DNA of 64,000 bases from an uncultured Candidatus Saccharibacteria bacterium (GTDB lineage Bacteria > Patescibacteriota > Saccharimonadia > Saccharimonadales > Saccharimonadaceae). Under the pieces are notes generated by a model. It did no database searches. It saw nothing but the letters and a program-made list of their open reading frames with translations, and had not been told where the DNA came from. Positions 7,751 to 16,076 of the stretch are shown one piece after another. Each line of letters starts with the position of its first letter. Position 1 is the stretch's first letter. Position numbers and translations under genes: made by a program. The stretch spans positions 24,872 to 88,871 of the forward strand of contig CAMYZZ010000001.1 of NCBI GenBank assembly GCA_947304135.1. Direction: 5' to 3'.

Positions 7751-9549
7751 TAGTCTTCTGGCTCGATAATAGCGATTCCGGCTTCTTCGAGTTGGACGTC
7801 GTCGACTGCGGCTGGGGAGTTCATCATGAGATCTACGCCGGCGCCGTTCTTTGGGAAGGCGACGATGTCGCGGATGTTTTTGTTGTCGTTTAGGATCATA
7901 AAGATGCGGTCTAGGCCTGGAGCACAACCAGCATGTGGAGGCGCACCAAATTTGAAGGCGTTGAGCAAACCGCCGAAACGTTTTTCTACATAGGCCTGAT
8001 TGTAACCAAGTAAACCAAAGACTTTGTACATGATTTCTGGATTGTGGTTTCTGACAGCGCCGGAAGCGACTTCGTAGCCGTTCATAACCATGTCGTATTG
8101 GTCGGCAACGATAGCGAGTTTTTCTGCATCTGTCTTGGCATTTTTTAGAGCTTCCATACCGCCTTTTGGCATAGAGAATGGATTGTGGCCAAAGTCTAGT
8201 TTCTGGTTATTTTCGTCCCATTCGTAGAATGGAAAATCGATCACCCAGCAGAGGGCGATTTCGTTGTCTTTTTTGAGTTCAAAATGATCTGCAAAGGCGA
8301 TGCGGAGCTGGCCTAGGACCTTGTTGACTTTGTCGCGAGTGTCTGCACCAAAGAATACGGCGTCGCCATCTTCTGCGCCGGTAAGCTCTTTGATTTTGGC
8401 AAGCTCTTCTGGTTTTAAGAACTTGGCAATTGGAGATTTTTCTTCGCCAGATTCATATAATATATATGCAAGGCCGCCGGCACCAAGTTTTTTGGCTTGG
8501 TCTGTAAAATTGTCGATTTGAGAACGAGTGAGAGAAGCGCCACCCTTAACACATAGAGCTTTGACGCATGGGCTCTGAAAAACTTTGAACTCGGTGTCTT
8601 TTAGTGCGTCGGTAAGCTCGATGAGCTCCATGCCATAGCGAAGGTCTGGCTTGTCGACGCCGTAAAGATTCATTGCGTCGCGATATGGGATGCGTGGGAT
8701 AGTCTCTCCACTAGGAATAAACTTTTTGGCAGACTCGGAGCGAAGGATGATTTTTTTGCTCACGAATTTTGTAGCTAAATCGATATAAAGTGGCTCGATT
8801 TCTTTTCGGACAACCTCACCGTCGTCAACAAATGACATCTCTAAATCTAGCTGGTAAAAATCGCCATAAAGACGGTCTGCGCGAGGGTCCTCGTCACGGA
8901 AACATGGGGCGATTTGGTAATATTTTGGAACGCCACCAACCATAAGAAGCTGCTTGAACTGCTGTGGGGCCTGTGGCAAAGCATAGAACTGGCCTGGATG
9001 AAGGCGGGATGGAATCAGAAAATCACGGGCACCTTCTGGAGAAGAGTTGGCCAAGATTGGCGTGGCTACCTCGATGAAATCGTGAGCCTCCATGTAATCG
9101 CGGATGAACTTGTAGTACTCGGCGCGGCGTTTTAGTGTGCGCTGCATGGAAGGACGGCGAAGATCAAGATAACGATATTTGAGACGCATTTCTTCTGAAG
9201 ACTCATCGCCCTCGTCGTGAGTGTTGACCGGGAGAGGCTCGGAGCGATTTAGGAGTGTTAGGCTATCTACGACAAGCTCGATATTGCCGGTCTCGATGTT
9301 TGGGTTTTTGAGATCGTCTGCACGCTCGCGGATGGAGCCGCTAGCTTTTATCACGAACTCGTCACGTAAGGTTTCTGCGAGAGCAAAAGCATCTTTGGTG
9401 TCTGGCGTAATAACGAGCTGAATAATTCCCTTGTGGTCGCGGAGGTCGATAAAGATTAGGCCGCCATGATCGCGGCGAGAATTAACCCAGCCAGCTACAG
9501 TGACAGTGTTTCCGATTTGTGATTTTAGGTCAGTAGATAATGCTCTCAT
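7750..9549 (-). CDS. aspS: Aspartate--tRNA ligase
   Basis: RRDHGGLIFIDLRD, RLKYRYLDLRR, PEGARDFL, LPQAPQQFKQLLM, CFRDED, FGAPPHAG. Confidence 0.97.
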   Translation of the reverse strand: MRALSTDLKSQIGNTVTVAGWVNSRRDHGGLIFIDLRDHKGIIQLVITPDTKDAFALAETLRDEFVIKASGSIRERADDLKNPNIETGNIELVVDSLTLLNRSEPLPVNTHDEGDESSEEMRLKYRYLDLRRPSMQRTLKRRAEYYKFIRDYMEAHDFIEVATPILANSSPEGARDFLIPSRLHPGQFYALPQAPQQFKQLLMVGGVPKYYQIAPCFRDEDPRADRLYGDFYQLDLEMSFVDDGEVVRKEIEPLYIDLATKFVSKKIILRSESAKKFIPSGETIPRIPYRDAMNLYGVDKPDLRYGMELIELTDALKDTEFKVFQSPCVKALCVKGGASLTRSQIDNFTDQAKKLGAGGLAYILYESGEEKSPIAKFLKPEELAKIKELTGAEDGDAVFFGADTRDKVNKVLGQLRIAFADHFELKKDNEIALCWVIDFPFYEWDENNQKLDFGHNPFSMPKGGMEALKNAKTDAEKLAIVADQYDMVMNGYEVASGAVRNHNPEIMYKVFGLLGYNQAYVEKRFGGLLNAFKFGAPPHAGCAPGLDRIFMILNDNKNIRDIVAFPKNGAGVDLMMNSPAAVDDVQLEEAGIAIIEPED

Positions 9550-9594
9550 AACTTATATATTATATCACAAGTTCCAGAGGTGAACAAGCGGAGT

Positions 9595-10245
9595 TTAGCC
9601 TTTGATTTCTCGTTTCATGACGGCAGCTATGGACGTGTCGTCGTCGAAATTGTCCTTGTCTTTTGGGATGTAGCCGAGGAGGCAAGCAACCAGAGTTGGG
9701 AAAGTGAGCAGACCGACGAGGTGGCCGCCTTTGTCGACGACCAGGAAGAAGAAGCAATTCGTGCGCATAAATGCTGTCATAGCTTGCTCTAGATTGTAGT
9801 CTGAGCGGAGATAATAAACCTTTGGGTCGATAAATTTGGAGGCACGGTCGGTATCTTTGATTTCTAGAGAGTTGAGATGGCTGGTGTGGATGAGACCGAC
9901 AACTTGGTGGCCATCGGAAGATAGGACTGGAAAATGCGAGAGACCGGATTGGTATAGCTTGTCTAGCATCAAAGGTCCAAGAAAATCGTGCTCAAAGACA
10001 AAAGTAATATCCGCGCGCGGGGTCATGATATCGCCGACTTTACAGTCTTTGAAACTCATACAGGCGACAATCATGGCACGCTCTTTGCCAGATAAATAGT
10101 CTTTGGGAGTGCGGCCAATAACGCCTATCAAATCTTCTGTGGATTTTGGCACATAAGGAGGCTGGGGCTCCGGAGGTTTTTTCTCGCGGTATTTTTCAAG
10201 AATAGGATCCACCCATTTGGTAAGTTTGATCATGAAATTACTCAT
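9595..10245 (-). CDS. CBS-pair protein (CorC/CNNM-like, no DUF21 membrane domain)
   Basis: VGDIMTPRADI, GLSHFPV, VVDKGGHLVGLLT. Confidence 0.8.
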   Translation of the reverse strand: MSNFMIKLTKWVDPILEKYREKKPPEPQPPYVPKSTEDLIGVIGRTPKDYLSGKERAMIVACMSFKDCKVGDIMTPRADITFVFEHDFLGPLMLDKLYQSGLSHFPVLSSDGHQVVGLIHTSHLNSLEIKDTDRASKFIDPKVYYLRSDYNLEQAMTAFMRTNCFFFLVVDKGGHLVGLLTFPTLVACLLGYIPKDKDNFDDDTSIAAVMKREIKG

Positions 10246-10305
10246 GGCACTAATCCCTTTTTTATGCTAGTATTATTATATCATATTCGAATTGCAAGGA
10301 GGAGA

Positions 10306-11025
10306 ATGAACGAAAAAGGAAAAAATATCGGGTGGATTGTAGCAGTCGTAGTTCTGATCGTTGGGTTTTTGGGCGTTGTGATTTGGAGAATGGCTGACAA
10401 AAAAGCAAATCAAGTTGACTATAGTAAATATGATGTTAACTCTATAATTGCCGGGAACGAAGACAACGGCGGGATTGGTGACCATGTCAAAGGATCTGCT
10501 GACGCGCCGGTGGTGATATATGAATATGCGGACTATCAATGTTCTGGGTGTGCCTCGGCGAATCCACGCGTAAACAAGTTGCTTACGGAATACGACGGCA
10601 AGCTAGCGGTGGTGTACCGAAATTTCTTATTAAGCTATCACCAGAATGGAACGGCGGCAGCTAGCGCGGCGGAAGCGGCGGGGCTCCAGGGCTATTTTAA
10701 AGAATACGCGGACAAGCTATTTGCCAACCAATCTGTCTGGTCTAGCGCAACTGGCAATTCTCGCACGGACATGTTTGTAGATTTGTTTAGAAACGTGACT
10801 GGTGGCGAGGGTGACGAAGAAAAGTTTATTGCCGATATGGGCAGCGCCGAGGTGAAGGCTAAAATCGACTTTGATACGGGACTATCAGAAGATCTTGATA
10901 TTCCTGGGACACCTTCATTCTTCTTAAACGGGGAGAGGATTGACCTAACTAATGTCTCCACTGAAGACGAATTTATGAAGCTGATGCGCGAGAAGATTGA
11001 CGCTGCGCTGAAAGTGGCAAAATAG
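10306..11025 (+). CDS. Membrane-anchored DsbA/BdbD-family thioredoxin-fold protein
   Basis: DHVKG, EYADYQCSGC (CxxC), VYRNF, GTPSFFLNG; SD AGGAGG before ATG 10306. Confidence 0.9.
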   Translation: MNEKGKNIGWIVAVVVLIVGFLGVVIWRMADKKANQVDYSKYDVNSIIAGNEDNGGIGDHVKGSADAPVVIYEYADYQCSGCASANPRVNKLLTEYDGKLAVVYRNFLLSYHQNGTAAASAAEAAGLQGYFKEYADKLFANQSVWSSATGNSRTDMFVDLFRNVTGGEGDEEKFIADMGSAEVKAKIDFDTGLSEDLDIPGTPSFFLNGERIDLTNVSTEDEFMKLMREKIDAALKVAK

Positions 11026-11031
11026 TATTTG

Positions 11032-11060
11032 AAAAAAGCGGCCGTGGTGGCCGCTTTTTT
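11032..11060 (+). terminator. Intrinsic terminator of the DsbA-family gene
   Basis: AAAAAAGCGGCC-GTGGT-GGCCGCTTTTTT. Confidence 0.85.
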
Positions 11061-11090
11061 GTTGGTGTGCTGGCTGGACAAGAACACGAG

Positions 11091-11356
11091 AAAAGCCTCC
11101 GGCTATCCTGCCAGAGGCTTTTGCGCTTTTTACCAGCGAAACTTATATGGTGCTGTCACGTTCGAGCAGTAAGGGACTGCTGAGTAAAATCGCAACTTAC
11201 ACCCCCTAAACAATTTTCGTTTCGATGAACTCAAGGCCGAGGCCTAAAGGTTCGTGCGACTTTTTACGTGCATAAGCACGCTTAAGTCCGATACGCATGT
11301 ACTGACGTACTCCTGTTTAGTTTTATCGGCTTACGACGTCTTGGAAAAAGCCGACC
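11091..11356 (-). ncRNA. Candidate ~265-nt structured RNA of unknown class (contains a possible 30-aa ORF)
   Basis: Own TTGCTT-17-TACAAT promoter, terminator AAAAGCCTC..GGAGGCTTTT at 11091-11122, several hairpins, no long ORF. Confidence 0.5.
11206..11298 (-). CDS. Possible 30-aa small protein (MRIGLKRAYARKKSHEPLGLGLEFIETKIV)
   Basis: AGGAG 11 nt upstream of ATG inside the candidate RNA; no recognisable family. Confidence 0.3.
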   Translation of the reverse strand: MRIGLKRAYARKKSHEPLGLGLEFIETKIV

Positions 11357-11361
11357 TATTT

Positions 11362-11390
11362 ATTGTATCAAAAAATGGCCAAAAAAGCAA
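11362..11390 (-). promoter_or_regulatory. Sigma70-type promoter TTGCTT-N17-TACAAT with extended TG
   Basis: Read directly; 17-nt spacer ending in TGA. Confidence 0.7.
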
Positions 11391-11457
11391 CCCCTGACAC
11401 CGGTTATGGCTTTAGTTGGAAATTTTTGCGGTTTTTATGTCTGGTTAGGTGAGAGAA

Positions 11458-11799
11458 CTAATCATTTTTATAAAGCGTGGTGGTGATGTCGTAGAGTTTT
11501 TGGATATGATTTTCAAGAAAGTAATAATGTTTAATATAGAAGGCGGTGATAATAAAGAGCAAAGCCGCAATAATGGAAGCAAAAATTGTAAATGGGCCGC
11601 CAACAAAAATGATACCATGGAGAGCAATTGTCATCATGACGAGGGTCAAAGCGACGAAAAATAGCATGACTATAAGATGTACAGCGCGCTCGTGTTGGAA
11701 ATTTCTGACCATTTCGGAGTGATAAATTTTGAGCTCGGAAGTTGGGTGCTTGGCGGCTTCTTTGATGAATTTTTCGTAGTTTTTGATGCGGTTTTCCAT
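11458..11799 (-). CDS. Uncharacterised two-TM membrane protein
   Basis: FQHERAVHLIV..YIKHYYFLEN.IQKLY pattern; ATG 6 nt after TGCTATAAT (ORF-track N-terminus is spurious). Confidence 0.8.
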   Translation of the reverse strand: MENRIKNYEKFIKEAAKHPTSELKIYHSEMVRNFQHERAVHLIVMLFFVALTLVMMTIALHGIIFVGGPFTIFASIIAALLFIITAFYIKHYYFLENHIQKLYDITTTLYKND

Positions 11800-11836
11800 A
11801 AGGTAATTATAGCACGGTCTCTTGCTGTAGTAGCTT

Positions 11837-11883
11837 TTGGCTTCAGCCTGGAAAATTCTTGCAATTTTTATGTTTAGCCAGGC
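11837..11883. repeat. Half-copy of a dispersed palindromic element; forms a hairpin just after the surface-protein stop
   Basis: TTGGCTTCAGCCTGGAAAAT (11837-11856) identical to 61974-61993; minus strand GCCTGG...CCAGGC hairpin. Confidence 0.7.
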
Positions 11884-11899
11884 GGTTTTTAAAGCTAGG

Positions 11900-12055
11900 T
11901 TAGCGAACAAGACAAACCACATCGAGCGAGCCCGTACGATAGGTGTCGCTGTAGATGAAGGCGTACACGCTATCGACGTGGAGGTAGTAGGCGCGGTTAG
12001 TAGAAGCGCGCGGAGTAGACGACCAATAGTTGCCGGACCAGCCCGTAGTATTGTA
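11900..12055 (-). other. Putative DGR variable region (VR)
   Basis: Last 51 sense codons contain no A-ending codon; 17 of 19 codons at 11942-11998 are NNC; located at the extreme C-terminus of a CLec-like domain. Confidence 0.65.
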
Positions 12056-14950
12056 TAGAGCTTCGTCCTCACCATAGGTGTTGATTAGGGATTGAAATTC
12101 AGATTGAGATGGAACGCCAGTACCGGAAGGACAAAGGGATGCGGTATTATCGAAGGTTGCGGTTCCTTGGCTAGATTTGGTATAGCAAGCACCGGTAGCT
12201 CCAAAGTCACCAATTAGTTTAATGTATTCAACGCTATTATAGGTAAAGGTGCCTTTGTTTGCGGTTGCAACACATGCGCCCTGTAGCGATGGGCGTGGTA
12301 GTGCGTAAAATGTTATAGTAGTTGTACTTATAGAGTCATTATTTGTTACTGTTATAGTTTGCTGTCCAGTACTGTCGAGTCCGGTAGAATATCCCGTACA
12401 GCTATATCCAGATGGACAAGTAACTCTAGATAGATAGTAGCCAGAGCTTGGTGTGACGGTTACGGTCTTACTGCCGCCATATGGCACGGAGAGGCTAGAT
12501 GCGCCGGAAGTAGTGTTGTTGTTGCTGATGTTGACGGTATAGTTATTGGCGGCACAGACGGCATAGTAGGTAGTGTTGCCAGTAATAGTTCTAGAAGTTC
12601 CGCCAGTATACTGTGTGCCGGAAGCGCTACCTTCGGCCCATTTACAACTATGGCCAGTCTTAGAGATGGCTGGGAGAGTGAAGGAGTTGGAAGTATTGCT
12701 ATAGGAGGCTGTCAAAGTAGCTGCACCAGCACCGTAGGTAAACGTATTGGTCGAGCCGACCCAAGTACCGGAACCGCTAAGGCTCCAGGAGGAGAATGGA
12801 CGAGTGACACTGGTTGGGGAGCCTGTATAGGAAGCCCCCTGTCCGTTACCGTCATAGGAGATTGTATAGCTAGGGCCAGCGGTTGGGTTAGAGATGATAA
12901 TAGATTCGTTGTAGGTGCCGGTACGCTGATTGTTAACGAACCCAGATTGTGACCAGGTGCCACCATTGGGGTTGACTGTTAAGGTGTAGTGGTTATCCCA
13001 CTTAGCGTAAAGATTCTTGGTAGTATTATGTGTGCCACAATAGCTTGCAGTCTGGGCGGCGGTGAGAGTGGCGCCATTAGCGAACACTACCGAACCACTA
13101 GCAGATTCTGCCCATCCTAAGAAAGTATAGCCCGTGATTGAGAATGCATTGCTGGTTAATGTTACTGCCTGGTTGTATGTCATTGACGAATCGCTCATTG
13201 AGCCACTGGCAGTAGTGCCGGATGGGGCGTTAGAGTTGTAAGTGATAGGACAGGTATTGATGGCGCCATTAGCAGTGACGGAGACGTCATTGTCTGGCAT
13301 GGTAAATTGATTGTTATTGATAGTCACACCACCAGAGTTGACGGTCCAGCTGGAGAAATGGTAGCCAGTACTAGCGGTGGCGCCAATGTTAACTGTACTA
13401 CCATAATTATGGCTGCCAGAGCCTGTAGTAGATGCAATGTTTGTGCCTGCAGTGACAGTGACGTTGTGAGAGTTAACAGCACACACAGCATAGAACTCCG
13501 TGTTGGCGGTGATGGTGACGTTGGTTTCTCCGCTAGCGTGGGAGGCTCCGGAGGCACTGTTCTCATGCCAGGTGCAGGTATGGCCGGTCTTGGTGACAGT
13601 TGGGAGAGTGAAGGTGTTTGAAGTGCTGTTATAGCCGGCGGTTAGGGTGTCGCTAGCGATATTGTAGGTATAGGTATTTGTAGTTGTGTCAAAGGAGCCA
13701 GATGGAGAGCCGCCGCCAGTTGCAGTTAGTGTCCAGCCAGTGAAAGGCCTACTGACGCTGGTTGGGGCTGGAGGGTTAGGATTATAGGTTGCACTTTGAG
13801 AGTTGTCATTGTAGGAGATTGTATATGTGGCGTTGGCAGATGGAGTACCAATAACTTTTGTACTGCCGTAGTCTCCTGGGAAGGTTTGCGTAGAGGTGGA
13901 GCCGCTCCAGGTGCCGCCATTTGGATCTACTGTAAGGGTGGAGCTAACAATAGTCCACTGCGCATTAAGAGTTTTTGTACCAGAGATGACAGATGCGGTT
14001 GGGTCAGCTGTAACAGTGACATTATCGCCTGGTAGATACGGATTTGTTCTACTTCCCTTTTCCCCTTCTTCTGCTTCTGGATCTACGTAATTACCAAAGG
14101 TATACCCTACTAAGGTTGGGGCGGTATCTGGAATAGTGAAGGTGTAGGATGTTGCGGAGGCAGAGGCGGTTTGGTTGACTGGGAAGTTCTCAATATCTGA
14201 TGGGTCTACACCACTTGGTGCGTTCTTGTCGAAGTAGAGAGTGTAGTCAATGGACTCTGCATTAGCGATAGCAGTGAAGAGGAGCTGGTTGGTGTAGGAA
14301 CCGGCGGTGATAGTAGTATCTACGCCAACATTAATATCTACATTAGCCTTTGTAGAAGTGGTTGGTGACATGAGCATGCCAATCTGGTCTGGGTTACCAT
14401 GGGCTGGGACTACAGTAGCAGAAGATGTGAGAGGGTTGGTGTAGTTCCAGAAGTTGAGGTTAGAGGCTGTACTAGTGGAGGTTGGGATGACATGGGAGTC
14501 CGCAGTGTCTCCTTGGACGAGGTCTGTGGTGTATTGGTTGTTGTGGTCTTTGCCATTAGCCTCTACATAGAGTTTGTAGCCGGTAATGTTACTGGTAGAG
14601 ACATCCACGATGGCGCGCTTGGTGGAAGTAACGCCAGCTGCAGTTGGGGTGAGATCGAAGGAGAGGAGGGAGAGGTCAGAGGTGGCGGTACTATCTAGGA
14701 TGCGGACGGAGATAGAATTGCCTAGGGTGAGGTTAACATCTAGGGATTTGCTGGTTTGGTCGGCGAAGGCGGGAGTGGAGAGGGTGGTTAAGATGGCTAG
14801 GGATAGAGTGGCGGCGGTGCCGAGGCCCAGTATACCCTTGATACTAATCATGCCAAAGGAGGAAATACCGCAAAAAGATAAAATAATTGTTGCTAAACAT
14901 CGACATAGGGTTCTATGTGCGCTTTTTGCTAGCTCCTTGAAGCTTGGCAT
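11900..14950 (-). CDS. Large secreted surface protein: N-terminal beta domain, InlB-B/Listeria-Bacteroides-type repeats, C-terminal C-type-lectin-like (DUF1566/FISUMP-like) domain; probable DGR target
   Basis: SD AAGGAGGT before ATG 14950; signal peptide; TVDPNGG/TGYTFLGW/FTMPDNDVSVTAN repeats; C-terminus CPSG..VPS.SEF..L..YWSST..AYYL..VVCLVR. Confidence 0.85.
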   Translation of the reverse strand: MPSFKELAKSAHRTLCRCLATIILSFCGISSFGMISIKGILGLGTAATLSLAILTTLSTPAFADQTSKSLDVNLTLGNSISVRILDSTATSDLSLLSFDLTPTAAGVTSTKRAIVDVSTSNITGYKLYVEANGKDHNNQYTTDLVQGDTADSHVIPTSTSTASNLNFWNYTNPLTSSATVVPAHGNPDQIGMLMSPTTSTKANVDINVGVDTTITAGSYTNQLLFTAIANAESIDYTLYFDKNAPSGVDPSDIENFPVNQTASASATSYTFTIPDTAPTLVGYTFGNYVDPEAEEGEKGSRTNPYLPGDNVTVTADPTASVISGTKTLNAQWTIVSSTLTVDPNGGTWSGSTSTQTFPGDYGSTKVIGTPSANATYTISYNDNSQSATYNPNPPAPTSVSRPFTGWTLTATGGGSPSGSFDTTTNTYTYNIASDTLTAGYNSTSNTFTLPTVTKTGHTCTWHENSASGASHASGETNVTITANTEFYAVCAVNSHNVTVTAGTNIASTTGSGSHNYGSTVNIGATASTGYHFSSWTVNSGGVTINNNQFTMPDNDVSVTANGAINTCPITYNSNAPSGTTASGSMSDSSMTYNQAVTLTSNAFSITGYTFLGWAESASGSVVFANGATLTAAQTASYCGTHNTTKNLYAKWDNHYTLTVNPNGGTWSQSGFVNNQRTGTYNESIIISNPTAGPSYTISYDGNGQGASYTGSPTSVTRPFSSWSLSGSGTWVGSTNTFTYGAGAATLTASYSNTSNSFTLPAISKTGHSCKWAEGSASGTQYTGGTSRTITGNTTYYAVCAANNYTVNISNNNTTSGASSLSVPYGGSKTVTVTPSSGYYLSRVTCPSGYSCTGYSTGLDSTGQQTITVTNNDSISTTTITFYALPRPSLQGACVATANKGTFTYNSVEYIKLIGDFGATGACYTKSSQGTATFDNTASLCPSGTGVPSQSEFQSLINTYGEDEALYNTTGWSGNYWSSTPRASTNRAYYLHVDSVYAFIYSDTYRTGSLDVVCLVR

Positions 14951-15186
14951 TTGACCTCCTTTAGTATGATTAGTAAGTGTCTGGTCGCACAACCCCGCCA
15001 GGAGTATCAAGGCTAAAATAACAATCCACTATTATTTTTATGCCAGGTATCGCATTCATAGAACGAAAAATGCGACCATCTACTAGTCGCTAAACCAAGT
15101 CTGCTCCAAAAAACGAACAAACGCGTAGATGATCGCATCTCACGCTCGTTTCTTGGATATAAAAATATTAAACAGACTGGTTTAGC
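14951..15186 (-). promoter_or_regulatory. 236-nt structured 5' leader (possible riboswitch/attenuator) downstream of a TTGCGC-17-TATAAT promoter
   Basis: Helix 15186-15173:15103-15089; crossing 13-bp helix 15137-15125:15083-15071; short GCGAC/GTCGC hairpin followed by ATTTTT. Confidence 0.55.
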
Positions 15187-15250
15187 AATTTAATTATACC
15201 AACATAAAAAATTTAGCGCAAGTTTTTTGCGCTAAATTGAATAATAGTAT

Positions 15251-16057
15251 CTATATCTGAATCAGGAGGATGATGAGGACGATGAGGGAGATAATGACGC
15301 GGTAGATACCAAAAGCCTTTAAGGAGTTGGACTTTTTGAGGTATTTGAGACAGAAAGAGATCGCAAAGAGGCCGGAGGCAAAGGCTACGATGTTGGCCAG
15401 GGTGAGGACACTGAAATTGCTTATCAGATAATCACGCGTAGTGGAAGAAATGAGAGTCTTAGCGCAGACTGCCGTCATGAGTGGAATAGAGACTAAGAAG
15501 GAATAATCAGCTGAAGATTTAGAGTTAAGACCCATGAGGCGACCAGCAACGATAGTGCTGCCAGAGCGAGAGACACCCGGGATGAGCGCAAAGACCTGGG
15601 CAAGACCAATAATAAGGGCGCGTGGCTTGGTGAGGTAATTCTCGTTTTTTAGCGCAGACTTTTTAGGAAGTTTATCAACGATAATCATCAAGATACCAAC
15701 GACACCCATGGCGATGGCGATAGTGTAGAGCGAGGAGAAAAACGGGGATTCTTCGATGAAGTGGCTCAACGCCAGACCAGCGAGACCAGCTGGGATGCAG
15801 GTGATGATGATGTTGAGGGCTAATTTATAATTGTGCTTTTTGAAGATGTCTTTTATAATCTCGACGATGCGCTTGCGATAGTAGATGAGAAGGGCGAGGA
15901 GAGTGCCAAAGTTGATTAGCTCTAAAAAGAGATGGAAATCGTCTGCGCGGCCGCCGATGAGCTGTTGGACGAGTTCTAGGTGCCCAGATGAAGAGACTGG
16001 GATGAATTCTGTGAGGCCTTGGACAAGGCCGAGTAGTAAACCGATAAAAATATTCAT
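15251..16057 (-). CDS. uppP: Undecaprenyl-diphosphate phosphatase (BacA family)
   Basis: GLVQGLTEFIPVSSSGHL, GTLLALLIYY, AQVFALIPGVSRSGSTI. Confidence 0.95.
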   Translation of the reverse strand: MNIFIGLLLGLVQGLTEFIPVSSSGHLELVQQLIGGRADDFHLFLELINFGTLLALLIYYRKRIVEIIKDIFKKHNYKLALNIIITCIPAGLAGLALSHFIEESPFFSSLYTIAIAMGVVGILMIIVDKLPKKSALKNENYLTKPRALIIGLAQVFALIPGVSRSGSTIVAGRLMGLNSKSSADYSFLVSIPLMTAVCAKTLISSTTRDYLISNFSVLTLANIVAFASGLFAISFCLKYLKKSNSLKAFGIYRVIISLIVLIILLIQI

Positions 16058-16076
16058 AATCTATATTATATACTAA

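Noticed and set aside
11091-11122. c-di-GMP-I riboswitch (AAAGCCTCCGGC resembles its P2)
   Set aside because: The GGCAAA/GAAA P1 elements are absent, there is no downstream gene, and the sequence is fully explained as a terminator hairpin.
11091-11356. tmRNA, RNase P RNA or SRP RNA identity for the orphan transcript
   Set aside because: GGGGGTG and AAAGTC-GCA echo tmRNA and RNase P motifs, but there is no matching T-arm/acceptor 3' end, no Ala-ending tag frame, no GAGGAAAGUC/ACAGAA-CGGCUUA pair and no SRP domain IV.
11091-11356. Template repeat (TR) for the neighbouring putative DGR variable region
   Set aside because: No sequence similarity to 11900-12055. I also saw no TR or reverse transcriptase anywhere in the window.
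11800-12075. N-terminal 92 codons of the ORF-track protein 11458-12075
   Set aside because: Overlaps the surface-protein C-terminus in another frame; a TGCTATAAT box 6 nt before ATG 11799 marks the real start.
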